Source: an uncultured Candidatus Saccharibacteria bacterium (GTDB lineage Bacteria > Patescibacteriota > Minisyncoccia > Phycocordibacterales > UBA9973). Taken from it: a stretch of DNA of 56,279 nt. A program made the position numbers and the translations under genes. The stretch covers positions 1 to 56,279 of the forward strand of contig CAYUDJ010000001.1 of NCBI GenBank assembly GCA_964443635.1. The letters run 5' to 3'. Positions 26,471-35,251 of this stretch are shown piece after piece. The number at the start of each line of letters is the position of its first letter. Position 1 is the stretch's first letter. Below the pieces are notes generated by a model. It was not told the DNA's origin and ran no database searches. It saw only the letters and a list, made by a program, of their open reading frames with translations.

Positions 26471-27871
26471 TTAGATAATTTTTACTACTCCTGTATTTGC
26501 ATCAACCTCGAGCGTGTCACCATCTTTAATAAGTTGGGTGGCAACCTTAGTACCAATAATACAGGGAATATTTAGCTCTCTGGATATGATTGCTGCGTGA
26601 CAGGTGATACCTCCCTCGTTAGTTATTACAGCTCCAGCCTTTTTCATGAGCGGAACAAACTCGGGGCGAGTCATACTGGTAACAAGAATGTCCCCTTGCT
26701 GAAATCCTTTATTTTCATGAGGGTCAAGTATTACCCGGGCAATTCCCTTCACATTCCCTTTGCAAGCGATCTGTCCTTTTATACTGTCAGTTTTTTCTAC
26801 TTTGTGTTCAATAAATTGAGTGAGTTCCTGGGTAGCGATATGTATATCACAATGCTCAGTTTTATAGGAATAATCTGGGTATGTTAAAAAAATACAACCG
26901 TTGCTTCGCTGCTCGATCTCATTTTTATTTTCTGAAAGATAGGTAACACCTTTCATATATTCATGCATTAAAACAAGGGGTGCTATTTTTATATCGACAC
27001 CGGCTCTTTCGAGCATTACTACTGACAATTCTGCAAACATTGTTTGCATCTGAGCGATAGGGTCTTTACGAAGATCGCGCATGTGCATCACTAGTTGCGC
27101 AAATTGAGCGATACTTCTTGAATCAGTGTCGAGTGTCTCAAGCCAGAGCAGTTGCTTGCGCATCTTCTCTTCTGAAGATATACGAAGATCTTCGTACTCT
27201 TTTTCCTTTTCAGGTAAATTTTGGCTGATATCTTCGAGTGCGCTGGATATGTCTGAATCGCTTTTTGTCCAAAAATAATCAGTGAATATAAATTTTGCCT
27301 TACGAATTTTGTTTAGAGAATTACCAGTGACTACTTCAAGGAGCTTCTTTAGTCGTCGGCCTTCGAAGGAGATAAATACATTTTCTATTGCCTGTTTCCA
27401 AATCGTATCAAGTGTAGCTTTATGCGCCGGGCCTATAACTGAAAGAATTTTCTCATAATCCACATTTTCAATATAGAGCGTTTCGTTCGCCATTGCCAAA
27501 AATAATTCGTTTACTTTCTTTGCATAGTTTTGCAAGTCAGTATCTGACAAGTCTGCTAGGTTTTTATCAGTAAATTCATCGTAGAGTGCCTGAACATTTT
27601 TTTCAAAAGAAAAATAGCCTTGCTCTAATTCTTTGATAGATGTTTCTTGATTAAAATAGTGTCTAAACTTATCCAGAGCAATCGCAATGTATTCCTTTTC
27701 ATTGAGAGCAAGATAGGTAGTGCGGTCTTTCGTTATACAAAAGATATGCAACGGGTGCACTTTCTCATGCCATGTGACTATCATGAATAAAGGTGAAAGT
27801 GGTGCTTGCAATGAAAAAACAGGATCTTCTCCAATAATGCTTTTGAATTCTTCAATAAGTTTGTATGACAT
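26471..27871 (-). CDS. Phosphohistidine swivel domain protein, 466 aa, helical N-terminal region (P2)
   Basis: C-terminal GDILVTSMTRPEFVPLMKKAGAVITNEGGITCHAAIISRELNIPCIIGT...GDTLEVDANTGVV. His codon at 26597-26599. Confidence 0.85.
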   Translation of the reverse strand: MSYKLIEEFKSIIGEDPVFSLQAPLSPLFMIVTWHEKVHPLHIFCITKDRTTYLALNEKEYIAIALDKFRHYFNQETSIKELEQGYFSFEKNVQALYDEFTDKNLADLSDTDLQNYAKKVNELFLAMANETLYIENVDYEKILSVIGPAHKATLDTIWKQAIENVFISFEGRRLKKLLEVVTGNSLNKIRKAKFIFTDYFWTKSDSDISSALEDISQNLPEKEKEYEDLRISSEEKMRKQLLWLETLDTDSRSIAQFAQLVMHMRDLRKDPIAQMQTMFAELSVVMLERAGVDIKIAPLVLMHEYMKGVTYLSENKNEIEQRSNGCIFLTYPDYSYKTEHCDIHIATQELTQFIEHKVEKTDSIKGQIACKGNVKGIARVILDPHENKGFQQGDILVTSMTRPEFVPLMKKAGAVITNEGGITCHAAIISRELNIPCIIGTKVATQLIKDGDTLEVDANTGVVKII

Positions 27872-27874
27872 ATG

Positions 27875-29359
27875 TTATAAAATTTTAACTATTCCAGTAT
27901 TCGCATCTAGTTCCACCATATCTCCATCCCTGAGTACTTTTGTAGCATTCTTTGTGCCAATGATACAGGGTTTTTTCATTTCTCGAGAAACGATTGCTGC
28001 ATGACAAGTGATACCTCCTTCGTCAGTAATGATACCCTTTGCCATGCGCATCAGTGGAACGAATTCAGGGCGGGTCATACCAGTCACCAATATATCCCCT
28101 TCTTCCATTTTGTGCGAGTCATTGTATGGATCAATGATAATCTTGACCTTTCCTGTCACGAGGCCTTTGGAGCCGATATTTCCTTTGATTTCGCGTATAT
28201 CGCTGCCTATTGCGAGACCATGCTGAGTCGTAAACAGATGCTCCATCTTTGTTTTGTTTGTATCCGCATCGTACTCTACGTATACCTCACCATCATCATA
28301 GTTTATAAAAAGTGCAAATCCGCCAGTCTGTCTTTTCTCAAGGTCTGTCTGAATGGATGAGATAAATGCAGGACCCTTAAGCATTTCTTCAAACGTAGCA
28401 AAATCAAGAAGTGAGACTGGTATGGAGAGTTCTTCACTAACTATCTTTACGTATCGATATATGGCTGTAATGGTCATACTCAATGTGTCACGTAATGAAT
28501 CGCGAAGCTTAATGATGTGTTTTGTATAGACAGCGAGCCTCTGCTCCTCTGCTGAAAGTGTTTCAAGCCATGCCGCATAGGCTGACTGCTTTGCTTGAAG
28601 TTCCTCTGCTATTTCCTGTCGGATATGGGCCCTATCCTCGGCGGTTGCATACTGAAGATATTCTTCCTGTACTTTCTTCTTTGCAGTTGCATGATCAAGT
28701 GATCCACCAAATCCTGCATAGAAATATTGTGTTTGCGTTGTGAGATCATCAAGTGATACATCACGATCAACCATATCAAATACTTTCAATGCACTGCGCT
28801 TATCAAATGAGAGACTTGCAGGCAAGGTCAGTGTCTCCCATATCTCGTCAAGTCGTTCATTGCTGATACTACTCCCTGCTTCAGCAAGCATGCTTTTCAC
28901 GAACTCTTTCTCAAAACCAAATGCATACCAACCATTGCAGTTCGTGTATCCTTCTGCGTCATTGATAGCTTGCAGGCTCTCTGCAATTTCTACAGCAGGC
29001 ATTGCTTTGATGCGTTCTTCTGTGAGCTCTCGATACAGCGTTTCAATCTGAGCAACATATGCTTGGCGCCCCTCTTCAAGTTCTGTAATCACTGACTGAT
29101 CATTCCAGTATTTCAAAAACACTTCTCGTGAGATTGAGTTGAAATGAGTCTCGGTCACCCAGTACGTACTACTTGTGCCTTTTGCAACGGAAAAAGAAAT
29201 ACACGGTATTGTTGTCTCAAACCATTTCTCAAAGTATTTCTTTTGAGTCCAGGCGAGCGAGTTGTTGAGGATGGTGAAGTTATGAACGCCATTAAAAAGT
29301 GTCTGGTCTCCGACTTTGGATTTGTAGAGTTCGAATAGGTTTTCGGCGACTTTTTGCAT
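27875..29359 (-). CDS. Phosphohistidine swivel domain protein, 494 aa, helical N-terminal region (P3)
   Basis: C-terminal GDILVTGMTRPEFVPLMRMAKGIITDEGGITCHAAIVSREMKKPCIIGT...GDMVELDANTGIV. His codon at 28001-28003. Confidence 0.85.
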   Translation of the reverse strand: MQKVAENLFELYKSKVGDQTLFNGVHNFTILNNSLAWTQKKYFEKWFETTIPCISFSVAKGTSSTYWVTETHFNSISREVFLKYWNDQSVITELEEGRQAYVAQIETLYRELTEERIKAMPAVEIAESLQAINDAEGYTNCNGWYAFGFEKEFVKSMLAEAGSSISNERLDEIWETLTLPASLSFDKRSALKVFDMVDRDVSLDDLTTQTQYFYAGFGGSLDHATAKKKVQEEYLQYATAEDRAHIRQEIAEELQAKQSAYAAWLETLSAEEQRLAVYTKHIIKLRDSLRDTLSMTITAIYRYVKIVSEELSIPVSLLDFATFEEMLKGPAFISSIQTDLEKRQTGGFALFINYDDGEVYVEYDADTNKTKMEHLFTTQHGLAIGSDIREIKGNIGSKGLVTGKVKIIIDPYNDSHKMEEGDILVTGMTRPEFVPLMRMAKGIITDEGGITCHAAIVSREMKKPCIIGTKNATKVLRDGDMVELDANTGIVKIL

Positions 29360-29361
29360 GG

Positions 29362-32300
29362 CTATTTCCCAATTATAGTCACAGTTCCGTTATCAGCATC
29401 TACTTCAACCACATCACCATCTTTAAGAATTTTTGTTGCTCGCTTGGTTCCGATAACACATGGCTTCTTGAGCTCTCGAGCAATAATTGCCGCGTGGCAA
29501 GTAATACCTCCTTCGTCAGTGATAAATGCCGAAGCCTTTTTCATCGCAGGTACGTATTCAGGACGAGTCATTGATGCGACAAGAATTTCGCCATCCTTAA
29601 AGTTATCAATCGCTTCGAGTGAAAGACAGACACGGATTACCCCGGTGACTTTTCCAGCAAAAGCTGCTTGTCCGTGGAGTATAGTCACGTCTTCATCAAT
29701 TACTTCTGAGAATTGATCAATGAATTCTTGTGCTTGTGAGCCCGTGAGTATTGTTCTTTGTAAAGTTTTTGGAGCGTAGTCAACAAAGAGTTTTGCGCGT
29801 TCAACGAGCTCATTTTGGAACGATGGATCAGTAGTCTTTTCAACCTCTTCGGGTAAAAGGAATTTGATTGACTCTTCAGATATATTGAGTTTTCGAGCCA
29901 GCGCATCCAATACGGGTTGGCTGTAGTAAATACTCGAGAGTATGTTTGCTTTGCGTTCATCTTGCCATGAGAACAAATGCGATAGGATTTCAGTGAAATC
30001 GTGTCGTCCCCCATTCTCTATTGTTTCGATATGCTCAGTTTTATTTTTTTGAGCCAGCTCTTTGATGAAATCAATGGAGATCGTGTTGCGACCTAAGTAC
30101 GAACTTTGTATCCAGGCATATTCTTTTTCAAATGCTTGCAATATCTCCTGCTCACTTTTTCCTGAATCAAACAATTCTTGAGCATACAATTCAGCTTTAC
30201 GTAGGAAGGACATTTCTGATGGTTTGATAGTCTGCGGATCAATCTTGTATTCCTGCTTTAATTTCTGCTCAGCAACATATGAGGCGCATTCTACGATGTG
30301 CGCAATCCCACCACTCGCCCACAATCTGTCCACCTGTTTTTTCAAAAGATCCTTCAGTTCATCGACAGAAAGCTGGTCCAAATCGGCCTCTTTGTATACA
30401 GCACCCAGTACCGCTTCTTGGTATGTATTTCTGTATTCAGTTATCAGTTTTTGGATATCGTCCAAGTTTTGTACTTTATTCCAAAATATTTCGCCGAGTT
30501 GTTGGTAGTCGTTCTTGTCGTAATGCCACTCTACATTTTTGCTGTGTGAAATACAGAGGAAGTGTTTATACGATAGATTCCATGGAAGTTTGAAGCCAGA
30601 AAGTGTTGCGACACTGCTGATGAAAAATGGATATGCGTTAAAACGTTGTACATCCCAATCAATATCCTTCAGCTGATCTACTAGAGATGTGCTTTTAGTA
30701 AGGATTTTGACGATTCCGTTATCCGCATCCACTTCTACCTCATCGCCATCGTTCAAAATCTTCGTGATATCTTTTATGGCAATAATACAAGGCTTGTTCA
30801 ACTCGCGCGAAACAATCGCTGCATGACTGGTGATACCACCCCTTCCTGTGAGAATCGCGGCAGCCATTCGCATAAGGGGCACGAATGTTGGAGATGTTTC
30901 TACAGCAACAAGGATTTCTCCTTCTTTAAAGTTCTCGAATTCCTTTGCTGAATTAATGATTCGTACTTTTGCAGTTACTTTGCCCTTTGAAGCACCGATC
31001 CCTCTGAGCTCTGTGGTTTGGTCATTTTTATGAGTGTCGATGTAGAGATCATAGACGATAGAATACTCCTTATCCTTTGCGGTCAGGATCGTTTCTACGC
31101 CATGAGTATCAACCACACAAAAGAACGGGTTCTTTCTTTCCATGACTTCATCTTTGTTTGCAATGTTCTCGTCAGGATTTTTAACAAGTTTTTGCAACTC
31201 TTGAGGTGTAAGGAGGAGGACATCTGAAAATTCTAAACCATTAACTTTTCCAATAGTTGTGAAAATGCTATGCATTCGTTCAGCCATCATCATCTCGAGC
31301 ATTGTTGCTTGTGCTCTGTAGTACGCAGCATTGACTGATACTGCTACCAATCCATCGCATTCATCAATATTGTTTTTGTACATTCGGTCAATATAGTTCT
31401 TCTCTACGACATTGTTGATTTCTTCAGCAAGTCTTTTCTGTGCGTACTCTATGTCGATAGGATCCCCGGCCCACTTGCTGATACGTGCCCATGAGAACTT
31501 CTTGAGATAGACAGCTATTGTATCCTTGAGTTCAGTGTCAGAGTCAATACGAGATACGAGTTCAGTCACTGAATGATCTGGGTATTTCTCGACATACTGC
31601 TCAGCAATGCGACGCATTGCTGCAACTTCTTCTTCAATCCATGATTCGCGTAAATAGGGATGAACTTTTTCAAACAGATCGGCTTCTGTTGATACAACGC
31701 CCATCTTCTTTGCAAGAGGTGAAATCTGGTTACCGATGACAGTGGTAGCAGTCCAAAAACCAATAAATTCTTGGTAGTTCTTAAACAGAGATTCAAAGTT
31801 AGTAAGGATGTAATCGTCATCTTTTTGAAGAGTAGTAATTATTTCTTTGAATAACTTGCTGCCCTCAGCGTCAGTTCTTAATGCCAAATCTTTTAGCTTT
31901 TCTCCTTTGTAGAGCTTTTCCAAATAGGCATTCAAGTTATTGAACGTCTTGATATCGTGAAATGCGTATCCATCAATCGTGAAAATTCCACCAAGATCGC
32001 AATTTTCTGTTATCCGCTTTACAACAGATGCATCACTCCAATGAGTAAACAAAGACCATATCAATGGAGATTGCACCCAGCGACCATCTTCGATCCAAAG
32101 ATCTTTATTCAAAATACGTAAATCTCGCAACAAATCATTGGTGCTGATAATCCTTACTATCCCATTATCTGCATCAACTTCAACGATGTCCCCATCCTTC
32201 AGGAGTGCAGTCGCAAATTTTGTTCCAATAACACAAGGCTTATTGAGCTCGCGAGCAACAATAGCGGCATGGCATGTGATACCACCTTCATCGGTAATGA

Positions 32301-32952
32301 TTGCAGCGGCTTTTTTCATGGCAGGGACGAACTCAGGAGTCGTCATTGCAGAGACAATAATGTCGCCTTCCTGGGCTTCATCAATCTGCTCTTTGCGTTT
32401 GAGAATGCGTACAACGCCCTTTGCATAACCTTTGTTACCAGCTTGCCCAACAAGTGTCGTCGCATCTGTTGGAGGAGTTTCAATTTCAAATACATAATCA
32501 TTGTGCAAAGCTCGGTATTCAGAAAGTGAACCGACAAAGAGTTCACTGCCATTCATGATGGATGCGCGCTTTCGGGCTTGGAGGATTTCTTTTGCAGGAG
32601 GATTGTCTATTTCATTAAAAAGTATGGTGCTTTCCAACCCCTTGAGTTCAGGATATATCTTTTGGAGACTGAGACGAATCATGTCGTCACTTGTGCCAAA
32701 GTAGCTATCCACATCACGGATCTTGAGTGCGCGTGTGCGTAGATCTGCTGGGGTGCGCTCATCCACACCAGAGTAGTACATGAAATCAAAAGCATACATG
32801 TAGTCATATACTTTCCGCATGAAATCTTTAAGTTCTTCTTTTGTAGTAACAAATTTCTTGTCCCAGTATTGTTTGATATCAGCAAGTTCACGCTCATGCT
32901 GGTCGAGCATATTGGGAATAAATGAAGGCTCTGCTTGTATCTTGACCTGCAA
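29362..32952 (-). CDS. Triple-module protein (1196 aa) with three phosphohistidine swivel domains separated by divergent helical regions (P4)
   Basis: Swivel domains at about aa 168-270, 650-752 and 1093-1196 (nt about 32143-32451, 30697-31005, 29365-29676), with GGITCHAAIVAREL, GGITSHAAIVSREL and GGITCHAAIIAREL. The ORF begins at TTG 32952; the first ATG is 14 codons later. Confidence 0.8.
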   Translation of the reverse strand: MQVKIQAEPSFIPNMLDQHERELADIKQYWDKKFVTTKEELKDFMRKVYDYMYAFDFMYYSGVDERTPADLRTRALKIRDVDSYFGTSDDMIRLSLQKIYPELKGLESTILFNEIDNPPAKEILQARKRASIMNGSELFVGSLSEYRALHNDYVFEIETPPTDATTLVGQAGNKGYAKGVVRILKRKEQIDEAQEGDIIVSAMTTPEFVPAMKKAAAIITDEGGITCHAAIVARELNKPCVIGTKFATALLKDGDIVEVDADNGIVRIISTNDLLRDLRILNKDLWIEDGRWVQSPLIWSLFTHWSDASVVKRITENCDLGGIFTIDGYAFHDIKTFNNLNAYLEKLYKGEKLKDLALRTDAEGSKLFKEIITTLQKDDDYILTNFESLFKNYQEFIGFWTATTVIGNQISPLAKKMGVVSTEADLFEKVHPYLRESWIEEEVAAMRRIAEQYVEKYPDHSVTELVSRIDSDTELKDTIAVYLKKFSWARISKWAGDPIDIEYAQKRLAEEINNVVEKNYIDRMYKNNIDECDGLVAVSVNAAYYRAQATMLEMMMAERMHSIFTTIGKVNGLEFSDVLLLTPQELQKLVKNPDENIANKDEVMERKNPFFCVVDTHGVETILTAKDKEYSIVYDLYIDTHKNDQTTELRGIGASKGKVTAKVRIINSAKEFENFKEGEILVAVETSPTFVPLMRMAAAILTGRGGITSHAAIVSRELNKPCIIAIKDITKILNDGDEVEVDADNGIVKILTKSTSLVDQLKDIDWDVQRFNAYPFFISSVATLSGFKLPWNLSYKHFLCISHSKNVEWHYDKNDYQQLGEIFWNKVQNLDDIQKLITEYRNTYQEAVLGAVYKEADLDQLSVDELKDLLKKQVDRLWASGGIAHIVECASYVAEQKLKQEYKIDPQTIKPSEMSFLRKAELYAQELFDSGKSEQEILQAFEKEYAWIQSSYLGRNTISIDFIKELAQKNKTEHIETIENGGRHDFTEILSHLFSWQDERKANILSSIYYSQPVLDALARKLNISEESIKFLLPEEVEKTTDPSFQNELVERAKLFVDYAPKTLQRTILTGSQAQEFIDQFSEVIDEDVTILHGQAAFAGKVTGVIRVCLSLEAIDNFKDGEILVASMTRPEYVPAMKKASAFITDEGGITCHAAIIARELKKPCVIGTKRATKILKDGDVVEVDADNGTVTIIGK

Positions 32953-32964
32953 CGTATCGAGAAT

Positions 32965-34110
32965 CTATGGTGTCGCACTAGTATTTTCCCATACTTCAAT
33001 AACACCATCGTTCATATAGAAAAGTACTGGTGGGACGTTCGGGTTTTGTGGGCCACCGTAGCGTACGAACTTGTTGAGAACTGTTTCGTACCAACCTTCC
33101 TCGATCATATAGGTGTAGTCACGCGTGTATTCCTTGATGAATTTGATTGAAGTATCTTCTACGAGAGCAGTAAGTGTGGTAATCGGTCGGCTCTGCACCA
33201 CATAGAACTTCCCTGCTTCAAATGCCCATTCGATATCGCATGGAAAGCCGTAGTGACGCTCAATGGTCATGATGATATTAGAAAATTCATGGATCTCGTC
33301 TTCGGTCAGTACCTGAGATGCTGCCTTTGCATCATCAAGGTTAATCCATTCATTCCCTCCTCCCTGTTTTCGATACATCGCGCGGGTCTGGTTTGAAACG
33401 TTGATATCGATGATGCGGCGTGGCTCTTTCTCAACAACATAACTGTCAGGAGTTACTGAGCCGGATACGATCGCTTCTCCGAGTCCAAATCCAGCCTCAA
33501 TGATGAGTTGGTTGCGATCTTCGGTAACCGGGTGCACAGAGAATGCAATACCGGACACTTCTGAGTTCACCATTTTCTGAACGACAACAGCAACGGAGAT
33601 TTTCGTGGTGTGAAGTCCTTTTTCAAAGCGATAAAAGATTGCACGAGGAGTAAACAATGATGCCCAGCAATGCTGAACCTTTTCAAGAAGAGTATCTTTG
33701 GTTGTGTTGAGGTAGCTGTCGAGTTGTCCTGCCCATGCGTGATCAGCACCGTCTTCTGCCGTCGCACTTGATCGCACTGCGACGAATTCACTGTCGAGTG
33801 CTGCAAACTGTGTCTCGATGTCAGCTGCAATGTCGGCTGGCATGTTTGCATGCTTGATGAGTCCTTGGATCTGTTCTGATGCTCCATCAATACTGTGCAC
33901 TGCCTTGTGATCAACTGCATCCAAAATAGCGTCAATCTCCTGGAGGAGCCCTGCCTTGTGGAGGAATTCATCAAATGTAGTAGAGAGGACGACGAAGCCG
34001 TCTGGTACCGGGATGCCGGCATTCATCATTTCACCCAGAGAGGCGCCTTTACCGCCGGCGATGAGCGAATCACCTTTGTTTAATTGACTAAATTTCCTGG
34101 TCAACTCCAT
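32965..34110 (-). CDS. Stand-alone ATP-grasp nucleotide-binding domain protein of the PEP synthase/PPDK/rifampicin-phosphotransferase superfamily (PPDK_N)
   Basis: GGKGASLGEM...GIPVPDGFV...VAVRSSATAEDG...AGQ..S...V..CWASLF..RAI.YR...MV.S..SG.AFS..P...IEA.FGLGE.IVSG.VTPD...IEWA...G.FYVVQSRPITTL. Ends with TAG in frame with the next gene. Confidence 0.88.
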   Translation of the reverse strand: MELTRKFSQLNKGDSLIAGGKGASLGEMMNAGIPVPDGFVVLSTTFDEFLHKAGLLQEIDAILDAVDHKAVHSIDGASEQIQGLIKHANMPADIAADIETQFAALDSEFVAVRSSATAEDGADHAWAGQLDSYLNTTKDTLLEKVQHCWASLFTPRAIFYRFEKGLHTTKISVAVVVQKMVNSEVSGIAFSVHPVTEDRNQLIIEAGFGLGEAIVSGSVTPDSYVVEKEPRRIIDINVSNQTRAMYRKQGGGNEWINLDDAKAASQVLTEDEIHEFSNIIMTIERHYGFPCDIEWAFEAGKFYVVQSRPITTLTALVEDTSIKFIKEYTRDYTYMIEEGWYETVLNKFVRYGGPQNPNVPPVLFYMNDGVIEVWENTSATP

Positions 34111-34120
34111 ATGACACCCA

Positions 34121-35239
34121 TTATACCTTTTTTTCGTATCTTGACACGTTCAGTATTATCCCCACCGCAGCCAAGGCAATAGCAAGTGAGCTTCCTCCGT
34201 GACTGATGAATACGAGCGGCACACCGGTCAGTGGGAAGAGTCCAACCAGAGATGCAATATTGAGGAATGACTGCGCCAATATGAGTGAGATAATACCTAC
34301 TACGAGATATCGTGAAAATGCATCTGGTGCGCGTATAGCAATCTTGTATCCACGGACTGCGAGGAATACGTACAGGATAACGAGGATCGTACTACCGAGG
34401 AATCCAAACTCTTCACCAAATACTGCGAATACTGAATCTCCTTGTGGCTCAGGCAGGTAGTTGAACTTCTGAACACTCTGCCCCAGTCCCCGACCAAAAT
34501 ATCCACCGGATCCAACAGCGATGAGTGACTGCTGGAGCTGGTATGACGCGCCTCGTGGGTCGCTCGATGGGTTGAGATATGTTGTGAGACGATCACGGAC
34601 ATATGGACGGAAAAAGACGACTGCAGCAAAACCGACGATACCGATACCGATGACAATCAAGATCTTCTTCCAGGCGACTCCAGATACAAACAACATGCCG
34701 CATGATGCAACGGTGATCAGAATCAAGCTCTTTGTATCAGGTTGACGAAGCAAGACTGCCGCAACAATGCCGAGCAATACGATCAATGGTGCGATCTTGT
34801 ATTTCACTTCTTCCTTTTTCTTGTGCGTCCATGCAAGCCATGAGGAAAGGTATATAACGAATCCAATTTTCAAGAGTTCTGCCGGTTGAAATGATAATGG
34901 TCCAATAGAGAGCCATCGGCGAGCTCCGCCATGGGAGAATCCGAGGTGTGGGATGAATACTGCTGCGGTGAGGATGAGGCTGGCGATGAATATATAAAAA
35001 GCGTGCTTTCTCCAAAACATGTACGGAATCTTTGTTGTCAGCCACAGGGCAAGTAGACCCCCGACGTAGCCAAATACTATTTGGTTGAAGAGAACGCCAT
35101 AGAACTTGGTCTCGCTCTTTGCAAGAATACCAAGACTTGCCGAGACAAAAGACAACAGGCCGATTGTACTGATCAATATGACAATACCAAAGAAATATCG
35201 ATCAAATGGTTTAAGAGGTTGCTTGGTGGCAGTTGGCAT
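34121..35239 (-). CDS. ftsW: SEDS-family peptidoglycan glycosyltransferase FtsW/RodA
   Basis: 10-TM profile and conserved blocks (LQPAELLKI, LLLRQPD, GGYFGRGLGQS, LPEPQGDSVFAV, FPLTGVPLVFISHGGSS). dcw context next to mraY. Confidence 0.85.
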   Translation of the reverse strand: MPTATKQPLKPFDRYFFGIVILISTIGLLSFVSASLGILAKSETKFYGVLFNQIVFGYVGGLLALWLTTKIPYMFWRKHAFYIFIASLILTAAVFIPHLGFSHGGARRWLSIGPLSFQPAELLKIGFVIYLSSWLAWTHKKKEEVKYKIAPLIVLLGIVAAVLLRQPDTKSLILITVASCGMLFVSGVAWKKILIVIGIGIVGFAAVVFFRPYVRDRLTTYLNPSSDPRGASYQLQQSLIAVGSGGYFGRGLGQSVQKFNYLPEPQGDSVFAVFGEEFGFLGSTILVILYVFLAVRGYKIAIRAPDAFSRYLVVGIISLILAQSFLNIASLVGLFPLTGVPLVFISHGGSSLAIALAAVGIILNVSRYEKKV

Positions 35240-35251
35240 TGGATAAATGTA

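Noticed and set aside
33567-34022. A 151-aa minus-strand ORF sits inside the ATP-grasp gene in another frame. Similar same-strand or antisense ORFs occur inside lysS (53995..54588, 54116..54574), aspS (39555..40028, 39877..40242) and prfA (162..608).
   Set aside because: They overlap genes whose frames contain unambiguous conserved motifs. Their translations are low-complexity or Cys/Ser/Arg-rich, as is typical of off-frame ORFs.
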